Shown one piece after another: positions 8,018-16,683 of a stretch of DNA of 64,000 bases. The notes under the pieces are model-generated. The model was not told the DNA's origin. It searched no databases and was given only the letters and a program-made list of their open reading frames with translations. This stretch comes from a virus. A program made the position numbers and the translations under genes. Every line of letters starts with the position of its first letter. Position 1 is the stretch's first letter. Location: positions 1 to 64,000 of the IMG/VR virus record IMGVR_UViG_3300026097_001455; one strand, 5' to 3'.

Positions 8018-8413
8018 ATGGACAAGAAAGTAATCAACGAAGAGCAGTTTAGGAAACTCGTACTTAATGAAGCCAAGAAAGTAATGGCCGAGGGAGATAG
8101 CTCTCCTAAAAAGGAAGAGACTTCAAAAACTAAGAAATTTTCATTTGACAAGGTTGAAGGATTGATCGGTGAGATGGAGACGATGAACAAGTCGATCACT
8201 TCTATTATAGAAGAGTCTAGCGATGATGCTGACAAAGAAATCGTAGAAGAGGGGAAGTTAGGCCTAGAACAAAACTGGTCTCCTAATCAAAATAGAGACC
8301 TAGACCCTATCGAGCACAACAAAAAGAAAAACGTTCTTCACATGAATGAAGGCGAAAAAGAAAAGTGGAAGAGAATGATGGGGTATGAAATTCCTGATGA
8401 CGAAAAAAGATAA
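8018..8413 (+). CDS. acidic hypothetical protein, candidate head-internal protein
   Basis: N-terminal INEEQFRKLVLNEAKK helix shared with other late genes. Confidence 0.75.
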   Translation: MDKKVINEEQFRKLVLNEAKKVMAEGDSSPKKEETSKTKKFSFDKVEGLIGEMETMNKSITSIIEESSDDADKEIVEEGKLGLEQNWSPNQNRDLDPIEHNKKKNVLHMNEGEKEKWKRMMGYEIPDDEKR

Positions 8414-8436
8414 TAAAAATCAAACATACTTAAATT

Positions 8437-8462
8437 AACCCTGGAGAACCTAGGGTTTTTTT
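8437..8462 (+). terminator. intrinsic terminator
   Basis: AACCCTGG-agaac-CTAGGGTT stem followed by a T-run. Confidence 0.75.
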
Positions 8463-8474
8463 ATGTTTTACAGA

Positions 8475-8483
8475 CTATTTACT
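8475..8483 (+). promoter_or_regulatory. candidate late promoter CTATTTACT
   Basis: Motif variant, 14 nt before ATG 8498 and just after the terminator. Confidence 0.5.
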
Positions 8484-8497
8484 TAAAAAGGAAAGAT

Positions 8498-8668
8498 ATG
8501 AGATTTACAAACGGATGGACATCTCCTAACAAGCAATGGGACAAGTGGGAAGTTAGACTTAGACTCGGAGCAGTTGATGTTATTAGAATAAAGTATGATC
8601 ATTCAGATAGATACCTTGAATTCAGAATTCTTAACTTAGGTGCTAAAATAGGTGGAAGCAGGAAATAA
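8498..8668 (+). CDS. 56-aa hypothetical protein (not in ORF track)
   Basis: MRFTNGWTSPNKQWDKWEVRLRLGAVDVIRIKYDHSDRYLEFRILNLGAKIGGSRK; fills the gap, has an A-rich leader and stops 3 nt before the next ATG. Confidence 0.75.
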   Translation: MRFTNGWTSPNKQWDKWEVRLRLGAVDVIRIKYDHSDRYLEFRILNLGAKIGGSRK

Positions 8669-8671
8669 CTA

Positions 8672-10396
8672 ATGAAAAGGGACGGTAAGATATATAAATT
8701 TAGAGATTTTAAATTCGCAGTTCAAGATGGTGAACTAAACATGATTCACCCTGACTATTATGAAGGGCAAGCTTTAGAGGGTAGCAAACCCACTTTGGAT
8801 GAAATTTTTAGCGTTATAGCTGATTATTTTGACTTACAGCATAGAGATGCGCCCTTGAGTGAGTTTGAAATAGCTCTAATAAACAGAAACTTCTCATGGG
8901 ATGAGAAACAAAAGCTGTTTGGAGATATACACACTGGAGATAATGATAGGGAGGGTGAATTTGAACTGGATAGTGAGGATGCGTGGAAAAAAGCCTTTTC
9001 ATCTGATTGGAATAAGGCGTACCCAGCAATAGGAAATAAAGATATGGCGTCTCTAAATGAGGATGTGCCAGAGGAATCAAGAAACCTGACTCAACCATCT
9101 AAGAGAAGCGCTAAATATAGAAACCGTAAAGGTCCTGCCAAATACTTTGCACCCTATAGAAACCTAAAACACATTACACTAGAAGACATCGAACCTCAAG
9201 ACGTGGATGTTCCAGTCGCACCATTAAGAGATCAGCTCAACGAGAAAGTATGGACTTCAGACAATAAGCTAAAGCCAGAGGTTAAACAAGCTCTTATTGA
9301 TATTGCCAACTCGTTTTATGAGTCTCTTGACTTTGGCCTTAAGGTTAAAGATGTATTGTTCACTGGTAGCTTAGCTAATTATGGCTGGACCCAGGGGAGT
9401 GATATTGATCTACACATTATAGTTGACTATGGTGATCTTGGAAATATTGAATTTCTTGAAGATTACTTCTATCTAAAAAAGAAGAACTGGCTAGAGAAGC
9501 ACAATATTAGTATATATGGATTTGAAGTTGAGCCCTTTGTTAAAGACGAAGAAGGTGAATACGAATACAAAGCAATATACAGCATAATAAATAACGAATG
9601 GATTGTCCCTCCAAGAAAGGATAAGCCGACAATTGACTTTAAGACTGTTCAGGAGAAATCCTCAAGCCTTATGAACAAGATTGATAAGATAGCTGACATC
9701 AAGGATGAAGAAAAGAGATTCAAACAAGCAGAAGCGCTTAAAAACAAAATTGGTGGATTAAGACAAATAGGTCTTGATAAGGAGGGTGAGTATTCAAATG
9801 AGAACCTTATATACAAGACATTAAGAAGAGCTGGATATACTGATAAATTATCAGATGCAAAATATAGCGCATTTGATCAGCAAATGTCTTTAAACAACGA
9901 GTCAGAAAAACTTATAGGAGGTCCACAAGCTTCTGATGAACACCTAAATGAATCAAAGGAGGTAATCGTTAATAAAGGAATAGTCCCTATGTTGCACAGG
10001 CTTGATGTTCAAAAGGGAATTGATGGTATGACACCAGATAAAGTAGGTGTCATCAAAGATTTTATATCTTTTGTTTGTGGAAAGCTTAAGATGGAGGGGC
10101 CTGTTCATGTATGCTTAAGAAGGGGTAGAGACGAATACATCGAGACTACAGCATCCTATGTTCCAAGTGAGAATACAAACCACGTAAGATGTGGTGGACG
10201 TGCTCTTGTTGACATAATGAGAAGTATAGCTCACGAGCTCACTCACAACAGACAAAGAGAGCTTAATATGTTCAAGCCTGGAGAGACTGTCCAAAACATT
10301 GGAGGTCACATAGAAGATCAGGCAAACTCAGTTGCTGGAGTCTTTATTAAGGACTTCACTCACAACTACGGGTTTGACAACATCTATGACTTTTGA
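8672..10396 (+). CDS. Pol-beta-family nucleotidyltransferase fused to C-terminal HEXXH zincin-like domain
   Basis: FTGSLANYGWTQGSDIDLHII...EVEPFV; C-terminal RSIAHELTHNRQ...IEDQANSVAG. Confidence 0.8.
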   Translation: MKRDGKIYKFRDFKFAVQDGELNMIHPDYYEGQALEGSKPTLDEIFSVIADYFDLQHRDAPLSEFEIALINRNFSWDEKQKLFGDIHTGDNDREGEFELDSEDAWKKAFSSDWNKAYPAIGNKDMASLNEDVPEESRNLTQPSKRSAKYRNRKGPAKYFAPYRNLKHITLEDIEPQDVDVPVAPLRDQLNEKVWTSDNKLKPEVKQALIDIANSFYESLDFGLKVKDVLFTGSLANYGWTQGSDIDLHIIVDYGDLGNIEFLEDYFYLKKKNWLEKHNISIYGFEVEPFVKDEEGEYEYKAIYSIINNEWIVPPRKDKPTIDFKTVQEKSSSLMNKIDKIADIKDEEKRFKQAEALKNKIGGLRQIGLDKEGEYSNENLIYKTLRRAGYTDKLSDAKYSAFDQQMSLNNESEKLIGGPQASDEHLNESKEVIVNKGIVPMLHRLDVQKGIDGMTPDKVGVIKDFISFVCGKLKMEGPVHVCLRRGRDEYIETTASYVPSENTNHVRCGGRALVDIMRSIAHELTHNRQRELNMFKPGETVQNIGGHIEDQANSVAGVFIKDFTHNYGFDNIYDF

Positions 10397-10695
10397 TCAA
10401 CCTCAACCTCTTGCTTAACCATCCAGCAAGAAGCTCCATTTCCAATTGGCTTACTAAAACCTCTATACACAACTTCAGATATAGGACTCTTAGCTATTGA
10501 TGCGCACGGCACCAAGTGAGACACAATGTCTTCAAACGTTTCCATTGAGCAGTCGAACTTTTCATAGATAGCTTCCTCTAGGTCATCATACTCAGAATCT
10601 TCGTCCATATTCAATATATGCGCTGCTAATTCCTGAATGTCAAAAGGACTAACTCTTGCTGGCTCATGCTTAATAATTTCTTCTTTATCACTCAT
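10384..10695 (-). CDS. hypothetical protein
   Basis: ORF in coupled minus-strand run. Confidence 0.65.
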   Translation of the reverse strand: MSDKEEIIKHEPARVSPFDIQELAAHILNMDEDSEYDDLEEAIYEKFDCSMETFEDIVSHLVPCASIAKSPISEVVYRGFSKPIGNGASCWMVKQEVEVDQKS

Positions 10696-10909
10696 TTTCA
10701 AAACTTTTTAATTTTACCGCTCTTTTAGCTATTTCATCACCTTCTGCGTCTGGTGTTAGTAGTGTAAATTGACCTGTTAATGCTTCTTGTAACGCTTCAG
10801 TAAGCTCTGCTATGCAATTGCTATTGCTATTTCTCTCCATTTCTTCCCACATCTCATCACCCTTAAGGTCTTCATCTGTGAGCGTTATTTCGAATGTGTA
10901 TTTTTTCAT
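10688..10909 (-). CDS. hypothetical protein
   Basis: ORF, ATGA overlap with upstream gene. Confidence 0.65.
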   Translation of the reverse strand: MKKYTFEITLTDEDLKGDEMWEEMERNSNSNCIAELTEALQEALTGQFTLLTPDAEGDEIAKRAVKLKSFENE

Positions 10910-11298
10910 TTTGCATTAAGTTTTTTAGACGTCCAATCGTGAAAGTTAAAAAACACTTTGAATGGAAATAATCCGATTAGTGTATGCGCTAATATGTTAT
11001 GAGTAAGCCACCAGAAATGATGCTCAATAACTGGGTGAAATGGATAAAAAGGTTTTCTTAGATTCTTGGTATCTTCTAAGAAATTATCATCCCAGCCTTC
11101 AATATTAGAAGTTGGGGGCAATCCTTTCTTTCTGTTTTCAATAATATGTTCTCTAAGCTCTTTATTTGTTTTGTAGAGCCTTTTGCTAAGTCTATTCCTA
11201 TTATAGAATTTTTCTATTCTTTTTACAAACCTACCTTTACTACCAAGTTTATCAGAATCTCCTGGCATGTATCCATCTTCTTTTGAAAATCCGAACAT
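10906..11298 (-). CDS. hypothetical protein (His-rich C-terminus)
   Basis: HHFWWLTHNILAH...FHDWTS. Confidence 0.65.
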   Translation of the reverse strand: MFGFSKEDGYMPGDSDKLGSKGRFVKRIEKFYNRNRLSKRLYKTNKELREHIIENRKKGLPPTSNIEGWDDNFLEDTKNLRKPFYPFHPVIEHHFWWLTHNILAHTLIGLFPFKVFFNFHDWTSKKLNAK

Positions 11299-11304
11299 AT
11301 CTTA

Positions 11305-12186
11305 TTAATTATCAAGTATACTCATTTGCTTTCCAGGGAAATTCAAATCCTTGTCTGGCGTTTTAACCCCGTGCTTGCCTGCTATTGCCACAACTTGCAT
11401 AGAAACTAGCCTATCTCTGTGATTTCCTTCTTCTGGTATTCTTGGGTCAACTTTAAATTCATCATCAAAGAGCCATTTCTCCTGAGCGAGTCTTATGCAC
11501 TCATGAGTTAGGACGTCCTTGTCAGTCAATCCAAGTTGGCTAACATGGAATAAAAGTGTAGAATAACTCTTTGTTTTAAATCTTGGAGCCTGTTTAGAGC
11601 ATCCAGCCAGAGCAAATACGTTTAGAGTTCTATTTGAATGAGCGTTTGAGTTTTCAAATAACTCAAGCTCCTTTTTCCTTCTAACATCTGAGAGTATGAT
11701 CTTATCATGACCCTTTGCATCATTTTTAAATGCCTGGTTTATCCAATAATACTCTCCATTGATCTCACGAAGCTGTTCTCCATACCATATGATAAATGGT
11801 CGAAGTCTTTTTTTAACTGGAACGTCCTCTGTTTTAAAATCAATCATGTCAAGAGTAAGCGTTCTTCTATCCTCAAGTAGAAGACCATCTTCAATGTCTT
11901 TTTTCTTGATGTTTGGTAAATTAGAAACGCTTGATAGGTATTTGTAAACACTTTCTCTTAAATGCTCATTCATCTCCTTTTTGATGTTGTCTGCAAATGC
12001 CACTCTATGAAATTCATAGATGTCTATAAATTTTTTAGCTATTGTATCCTTACCACTCTTACCGTATCCACAGAGTCCAATGATCACTTTATTCTCCAGG
12101 TATTGCTCAAATATGTAATCGTGTTTTTCTTCTGTAATAACCTCCTTAGGTATATCAATGTCAAAATTGTACTGATGATTGAACAT
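11305..12186 (-). CDS. deoxynucleoside monophosphate kinase-like P-loop kinase
   Basis: IIGLCGYGKSGKDT, AFADNIKK, GEQLR..YW, ILSDVR..E. Confidence 0.8.
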   Translation of the reverse strand: MFNHQYNFDIDIPKEVITEEKHDYIFEQYLENKVIIGLCGYGKSGKDTIAKKFIDIYEFHRVAFADNIKKEMNEHLRESVYKYLSSVSNLPNIKKKDIEDGLLLEDRRTLTLDMIDFKTEDVPVKKRLRPFIIWYGEQLREINGEYYWINQAFKNDAKGHDKIILSDVRRKKELELFENSNAHSNRTLNVFALAGCSKQAPRFKTKSYSTLLFHVSQLGLTDKDVLTHECIRLAQEKWLFDDEFKVDPRIPEEGNHRDRLVSMQVVAIAGKHGVKTPDKDLNFPGKQMSILDN

Positions 12187-12202
12187 ATTGTCTCTTTTGA
12201 TG

Positions 12203-12210
12203 CAAAACTA
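12203..12210 (-). promoter_or_regulatory. Bacteroidota-type sigma70 -7 element TAGTTTTG
   Basis: Matches TAnnTTTG, 16 nt upstream of the kinase ATG. Confidence 0.6.
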
Positions 12211-12285
12211 CTTATTAATTTTCAAGTAAAAAAATTTTAAAATAGAAATATAAAATTAAAAATCCACATATATATGGTGACTTTT

Positions 12286-12525
12286 TTATGGTAAAAATAT
12301 ATGAACTGTTAGTCCTGCAGTTCCAGATGAAATTTGATAGCTAGACTTCCTGTTGTCTGTTATAAACCCATAGTCTTTAAATCTAAATATGATTACCTCC
12401 TCTCCCTCAAATATTGCGTGTATAGCATTTGTTGCGTAATCTATTGATAGGTTGGTTATTTTAGATAACTTCAAAGGCTTTCTAAACTCTCCCTCAAGTT
12501 CATCTGCGGTAATGTGAAAAAACAT
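12286..12525 (-). CDS. hypothetical protein
   Basis: ORF downstream of thyA. Confidence 0.6.
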   Translation of the reverse strand: MFFHITADELEGEFRKPLKLSKITNLSIDYATNAIHAIFEGEEVIIFRFKDYGFITDNRKSSYQISSGTAGLTVHIFLP

Positions 12526-12535
12526 AGTTTATGAT

Positions 12536-13564
12536 TTAGACGGCAACTGGTGCCTTTATAGTTTTGAGCGGCTTATAGTCAACAACCTTAATATCTTCAT
12601 ACTGGAAGTCAAATATATTTTTGATCTCAGGATTTAACCAAAGACTAGGCAGTTCTGGGCCATAAGTATCTGGCATGTATTCAATGTCATCTTCCCAGAA
12701 GTTTATACCGCCTGCTCCATTGGAGTAAGTTCTATCGAGAAGTTCATTTACTTGATCTTTGTGATTAGAGTAAAGGTGAGCATCTCCAAATGTATGAACA
12801 AATTTCCCTGGCTTCATTCCAGTTACATGACATACCATGTGCAATAGCAGTGAGTATGATGCGATGTTGAATGGTACTCCAAGAAATGTATCAGCTGAGC
12901 GTTGGTACAATTGAAGTGATAATTCGTATTTTGGAAGCCCTTTATCATCCATATAGGTATCGCTGTCCCAGGCTTTCTTCTCATCTAAAGTAAGCATTTT
13001 ATATCTTTCTGTATCTCGAAGCTCTCTCGCTTGAAACTGAAAGAATGCATGACAAGGGCGAAGCGCCATCTTATCAAGCTGTCCAACATTCCATGCACTA
13101 ACAATAAGCCCTCTATCGTTTGGATTAAAGTTGTCGTGACTCTCTGTAAGCTTGTCAATGATTGTTTGAATTTGGTTATGGTAAACTGTCTCTATTCCCC
13201 ACCCGTATGTATCATAGTCTCTCCCTCTCCAGTTAACCCACTGCTTTCCATATACAGGACCAAGGTCTCCGTTCTCATCTGCCCACTCATCCCAGATGTG
13301 AACCTTATTGTCAACAAGATACTTAATGTTTGTCATCGGAAGGTCCTTATACGCATCAAGCTTTTGGTGGTTTCCAAGGAACCATAGAAGCTCATGAGTT
13401 ACTCCTGGCATCCAAGTTCTCTTAAGTGTTAGGAGAGGAAAACCATCATCCATGTTATATACGGACTGGTGTCCAAATATTTTAACAGTTCCCGTTCCTG
13501 TTCGGTCATCTGACTTATTACCTTCTTTTAAAATTCGTGTAACTAAATCTACGTATTGTTTCAT
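12536..13564 (-). CDS. thyA: thymidylate synthase
   Basis: DRTGTGT, ELLWFL, LGPVYGKQW, MALRPCH, YQRSADTFLGVPFNIASY, GDAHLYSNH. Confidence 0.97.
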   Translation of the reverse strand: MKQYVDLVTRILKEGNKSDDRTGTGTVKIFGHQSVYNMDDGFPLLTLKRTWMPGVTHELLWFLGNHQKLDAYKDLPMTNIKYLVDNKVHIWDEWADENGDLGPVYGKQWVNWRGRDYDTYGWGIETVYHNQIQTIIDKLTESHDNFNPNDRGLIVSAWNVGQLDKMALRPCHAFFQFQARELRDTERYKMLTLDEKKAWDSDTYMDDKGLPKYELSLQLYQRSADTFLGVPFNIASYSLLLHMVCHVTGMKPGKFVHTFGDAHLYSNHKDQVNELLDRTYSNGAGGINFWEDDIEYMPDTYGPELPSLWLNPEIKNIFDFQYEDIKVVDYKPLKTIKAPVAV

Positions 13565-14475
13565 GTTAAATCTGAGTGTTCTTCTTCGTAAATAATATCC
13601 ATAGCATCTAAGTACTCTTTAACCAGAGTTTTTTGTGATTGCTTTATTTCTGTTTTTATTCCTATAGTTGTAAGCGCATGAAACTTGAGTCTTCCTACCA
13701 TATTTAAGTATTCAAGACCTATGTACATTTGTTTGGCAGATACTCCAGCTTCAGCAGTAATATCGTACACAGAAAGAACTACATACTTTCCAAGGTACAT
13801 GCTATGTATTCCTTCTTTAAGCTTATCTGACTTTGCTAATTTTTCAAGATCAGACTTATTATCAACTAATGCTGTTAAGAATGGACCTGTGTATCCCTTA
13901 GATTCTTCTAGGTAATTGAAGGCTTCTAGGAATTCTTCTGGCCTCCACTTAAATTCCTTAGAAAATATGTGTTTACTATTCTTGTTTGCTCTAATTGATT
14001 TTATGATCTTATCCTTCTCGCTAGAATCCACTGTGATCTTGCTCCATTCAGTTTTTGGAGGGGCCTGCGCATTTTTAATGTTGTTAATACCTTCTAACCC
14101 ATTACTAAAGTCTTTTATTGTTTTTGATAGATTTTGGTATTCCTCTTCAGTGATTCCAGCTGCTTTCATAGCTTCCTCTCTAATAGCATCCTTTCTTTCG
14201 TCTGCTTGTATGGCAGAAACTATAGCACGCTTCTCATCGTCTGAAATACTATTGTTTTGCTGGGCACTATTTTCCTTTCTGATGTCTTTGTTTGGATGGA
14301 TGGGTTTAATATCTTGTAGGTCAAGATTAAGTAGCGAGCATATATCTACAAGCTTATTATTGATGTCTACAATATGATCTTCTACCATGTTCTTAATATG
14401 ATCGTCTTCTTTTTTTGTTTGCGACTGCTTTAGCGCTTCAATTAGACTATCATTTTTTCGGTGCATTTGTGCCAT
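13561..14475 (-). CDS. hypothetical protein
   Basis: 304-aa ORF, ATGA overlap with thyA. Confidence 0.75.
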   Translation of the reverse strand: MAQMHRKNDSLIEALKQSQTKKEDDHIKNMVEDHIVDINNKLVDICSLLNLDLQDIKPIHPNKDIRKENSAQQNNSISDDEKRAIVSAIQADERKDAIREEAMKAAGITEEEYQNLSKTIKDFSNGLEGINNIKNAQAPPKTEWSKITVDSSEKDKIIKSIRANKNSKHIFSKEFKWRPEEFLEAFNYLEESKGYTGPFLTALVDNKSDLEKLAKSDKLKEGIHSMYLGKYVVLSVYDITAEAGVSAKQMYIGLEYLNMVGRLKFHALTTIGIKTEIKQSQKTLVKEYLDAMDIIYEEEHSDLT

Positions 14476-14521
14476 ATCTCAAGTTTTTTAAAACTTAAGA
14501 AAATAGAAGTTTAATAACAAA

Positions 14522-15649
14522 TTAGCTGATAGAAAATTTACTAAAGTATTCACCAGCTGTAATCTCAGTTCTGTCAAGATCATCAACATATTCAATCATA
14601 TCTCCTATGGTCTGAATATCTTTTTGCATACTTGCGGCTTCTTCGTAATTTTCTTCTTCAGATAGGGCCACCATCTTTTCGGTTAAAAATTCCTGCATCT
14701 CTATGGCCTCAAACTTTATGTCCTCAACTGCTATGTATCTTTTGTTCTCCTGCTTTTGCTCAACTCTTATTTTCTCAGAAAGTTCTAGCAATCTATCATA
14801 CCCCATTCTGTTAGTCTCTATTACAATAGATTGATCGGGGTTAAGGAATCTCTTGACCTCGGCCATTTTGTAGTTGAATTTCTTCTCCTGGAGCATTACT
14901 GACTCTCCTTTCATAACTTTCCTCTGGTATCTAAAGAAACCATTGTACAATATTCCTACTTCTTTTAAAAAGTCATCCTGCTTCTTTGTACTGTGAAGTA
15001 TAATTGTATTTGGATTCTTTCCATCCTTAACTCTGACAAAATCGGATTCAACTATTCTTATGTAGTTTTTACTATCCATATCTTCAGAATTAGAAAAACC
15101 TCCTCCAAACTGAATGATAGGCTTCATGCTATTATCAAACCCAAACTCAAGAAATAAGTAAAAATATAACCTAATTTTATCCCCTACTCCTGGGACGTTG
15201 TGCTCGAATTTAAAGAGCTCATTTTTTGATATTATGAGCTTGTTCTTTGTTCCTTCTCCGATAGGATTCATTTGAAGTGTTTCGTAATCAAATGAAAATG
15301 TAGAACCCTCCATGCCATCATCTTCCCTTATGCTGTCTAAGTCTTTGATTATGTTTACCTCAAGCTCTCTGCTGTAAGTTAGTCCGCAACCTTCTAAAAA
15401 CCTAGCCATCTCTCTTATGTGGCTAATATCAGAAAGCTCTTCGTTTCTTGATGATTCGAATTTAAGTGGGCTTGTCTCTACGTATCCGAAGTGCTCAAGA
15501 ATTTCTTTAACATCTTTGTACTCTTCGCTACTTGTTATCTCTGGTTTTAAGCTCTTCTTTCCTGACTTAGTTATAAATACCATATTCCTACCTCCTTGAG
15601 AAAATGGGTTTGGTATAATGCAAAAATCAAACGTAGTCTCTTTACTCAT
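14522..15649 (-). CDS. hypothetical protein with C-terminal UVR-like motif
   Basis: KMVALSEEENYEEAASMQKDI resembles the UvrB/UvrC (UVR) helix pair. Confidence 0.7.
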   Translation of the reverse strand: MSKETTFDFCIIPNPFSQGGRNMVFITKSGKKSLKPEITSSEEYKDVKEILEHFGYVETSPLKFESSRNEELSDISHIREMARFLEGCGLTYSRELEVNIIKDLDSIREDDGMEGSTFSFDYETLQMNPIGEGTKNKLIISKNELFKFEHNVPGVGDKIRLYFYLFLEFGFDNSMKPIIQFGGGFSNSEDMDSKNYIRIVESDFVRVKDGKNPNTIILHSTKKQDDFLKEVGILYNGFFRYQRKVMKGESVMLQEKKFNYKMAEVKRFLNPDQSIVIETNRMGYDRLLELSEKIRVEQKQENKRYIAVEDIKFEAIEMQEFLTEKMVALSEEENYEEAASMQKDIQTIGDMIEYVDDLDRTEITAGEYFSKFSIS

Positions 15650-15652
15650 AAT

Positions 15653-15696
15653 TATAAATAGTCAGGAATTTATTTACCCTTTTTCTGGGTATTTAT
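15653..15696. promoter_or_regulatory. back-to-back candidate late promoters (CTATTTATA on -, TATTTAT on +)
   Basis: 15653-15661 facing the 15649 gene; 15690-15696 facing the 15716 gene. Confidence 0.55.
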
Positions 15697-15715
15697 GATT
15701 AAGAATATTAACAAA

Positions 15716-16276
15716 ATGGGAAAATTTAAAGTTAAAAGAGGTAAAAAGTTTTTCATGGGTCCTAGATGGAATTTCTTTGGGCGCTACAAAAAAGAGTTTG
15801 GTGCTAGAACCTACTTCTGGATTAACTGTACATATAAGCTTACAAAAAACTACGACCAAGTAAATAAGTTAACTGGTTGGTCATACAATATATTTCCATG
15901 GTATGATAAATCATCTAAAAAGTTCAGGTCAGGTCATCACAAGAATAGTGTGAGGTTTGGATGGAGGTGTGTTGACGGTGAGCAAATAGAACTAATTGCG
16001 TATGCATATATTGATGGTATTAGAAAACAAAGATCATTGATGTTTGTAGAAGTGGATTCTTGGATTAACTTAGGGTTTAAGGAAACTGATAGTTATTACA
16101 CATTCAAGGCTATAGCGGAAGATGGAGAAAGTTCTGTTGTAAGATTCAAGAAGAGTAGTGATAAAAAGGGTTTTCTTGGACTATTTATACATAGGTTGTA
16201 TCCTTATTTTGGTGGCAGAATACCTGCTCCACATAATATGACCATAGAAATAAAACATTTAAAAAAGTTGATATGA
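15716..16276 (+). CDS. hypothetical beta-rich protein (HHKNSVRFGWR...LYPYFGG..PAPH)
   Basis: ORF; start refined to MGKFKV. Confidence 0.75.
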   Translation: MGKFKVKRGKKFFMGPRWNFFGRYKKEFGARTYFWINCTYKLTKNYDQVNKLTGWSYNIFPWYDKSSKKFRSGHHKNSVRFGWRCVDGEQIELIAYAYIDGIRKQRSLMFVEVDSWINLGFKETDSYYTFKAIAEDGESSVVRFKKSSDKKGFLGLFIHRLYPYFGGRIPAPHNMTIEIKHLKKLI

Positions 16277-16524
16277 ATTTATCAGAAGAAGACTTAAGAG
16301 CAATGGTAAGAGAAATGCTTAAAACTGGCGAAATAAGCGAGTATGATGCATTATACCCAAAGAAAAAAGAGTGGAAGGAGGAGTCTAAAGAACTTAGATC
16401 ACTACTTGTTGATCTGCTTAAGAACATCGAGAACGATGAATACGAAAAAGGAGTAGACAAGATCGACTCAGTTGTCTACAAATTAAAGTCTTGGAAAACA
16501 AAGATTGAGAAATTCTTAGGATAA
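16273..16524 (+). CDS. small hypothetical protein with shared N-terminal helix
   Basis: MNLSEEDLRAMVREML; ATGA overlap. Confidence 0.7.
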   Translation: MNLSEEDLRAMVREMLKTGEISEYDALYPKKKEWKEESKELRSLLVDLLKNIENDEYEKGVDKIDSVVYKLKSWKTKIEKFLG

Positions 16525-16542
16525 TAAGAAAAAACAAATAAC

Positions 16543-16683
16543 ATGCACGATTCAAAGATAGAAAATATATGCACATGCGAATGCGAAGAATGCCTAAAGG
16601 GTGATTGTGAAAAATGCTCTTGCAAAGGCTGCGATTGCGAAGGATGTGACTGTGAGAAAAAATTCGAACCAGGAAGAGATTAA
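16543..16683 (+). CDS. metallothionein-like Cys-rich peptide (46 aa, 11 Cys; not in ORF track)
   Basis: MHDSKIENICTCECEECLKGDCEKCSCKGCDCEGCDCEKKFEPGRD; A-rich leader; exactly fills the gap up to the convergent gene. Confidence 0.8.
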   Translation: MHDSKIENICTCECEECLKGDCEKCSCKGCDCEGCDCEKKFEPGRD

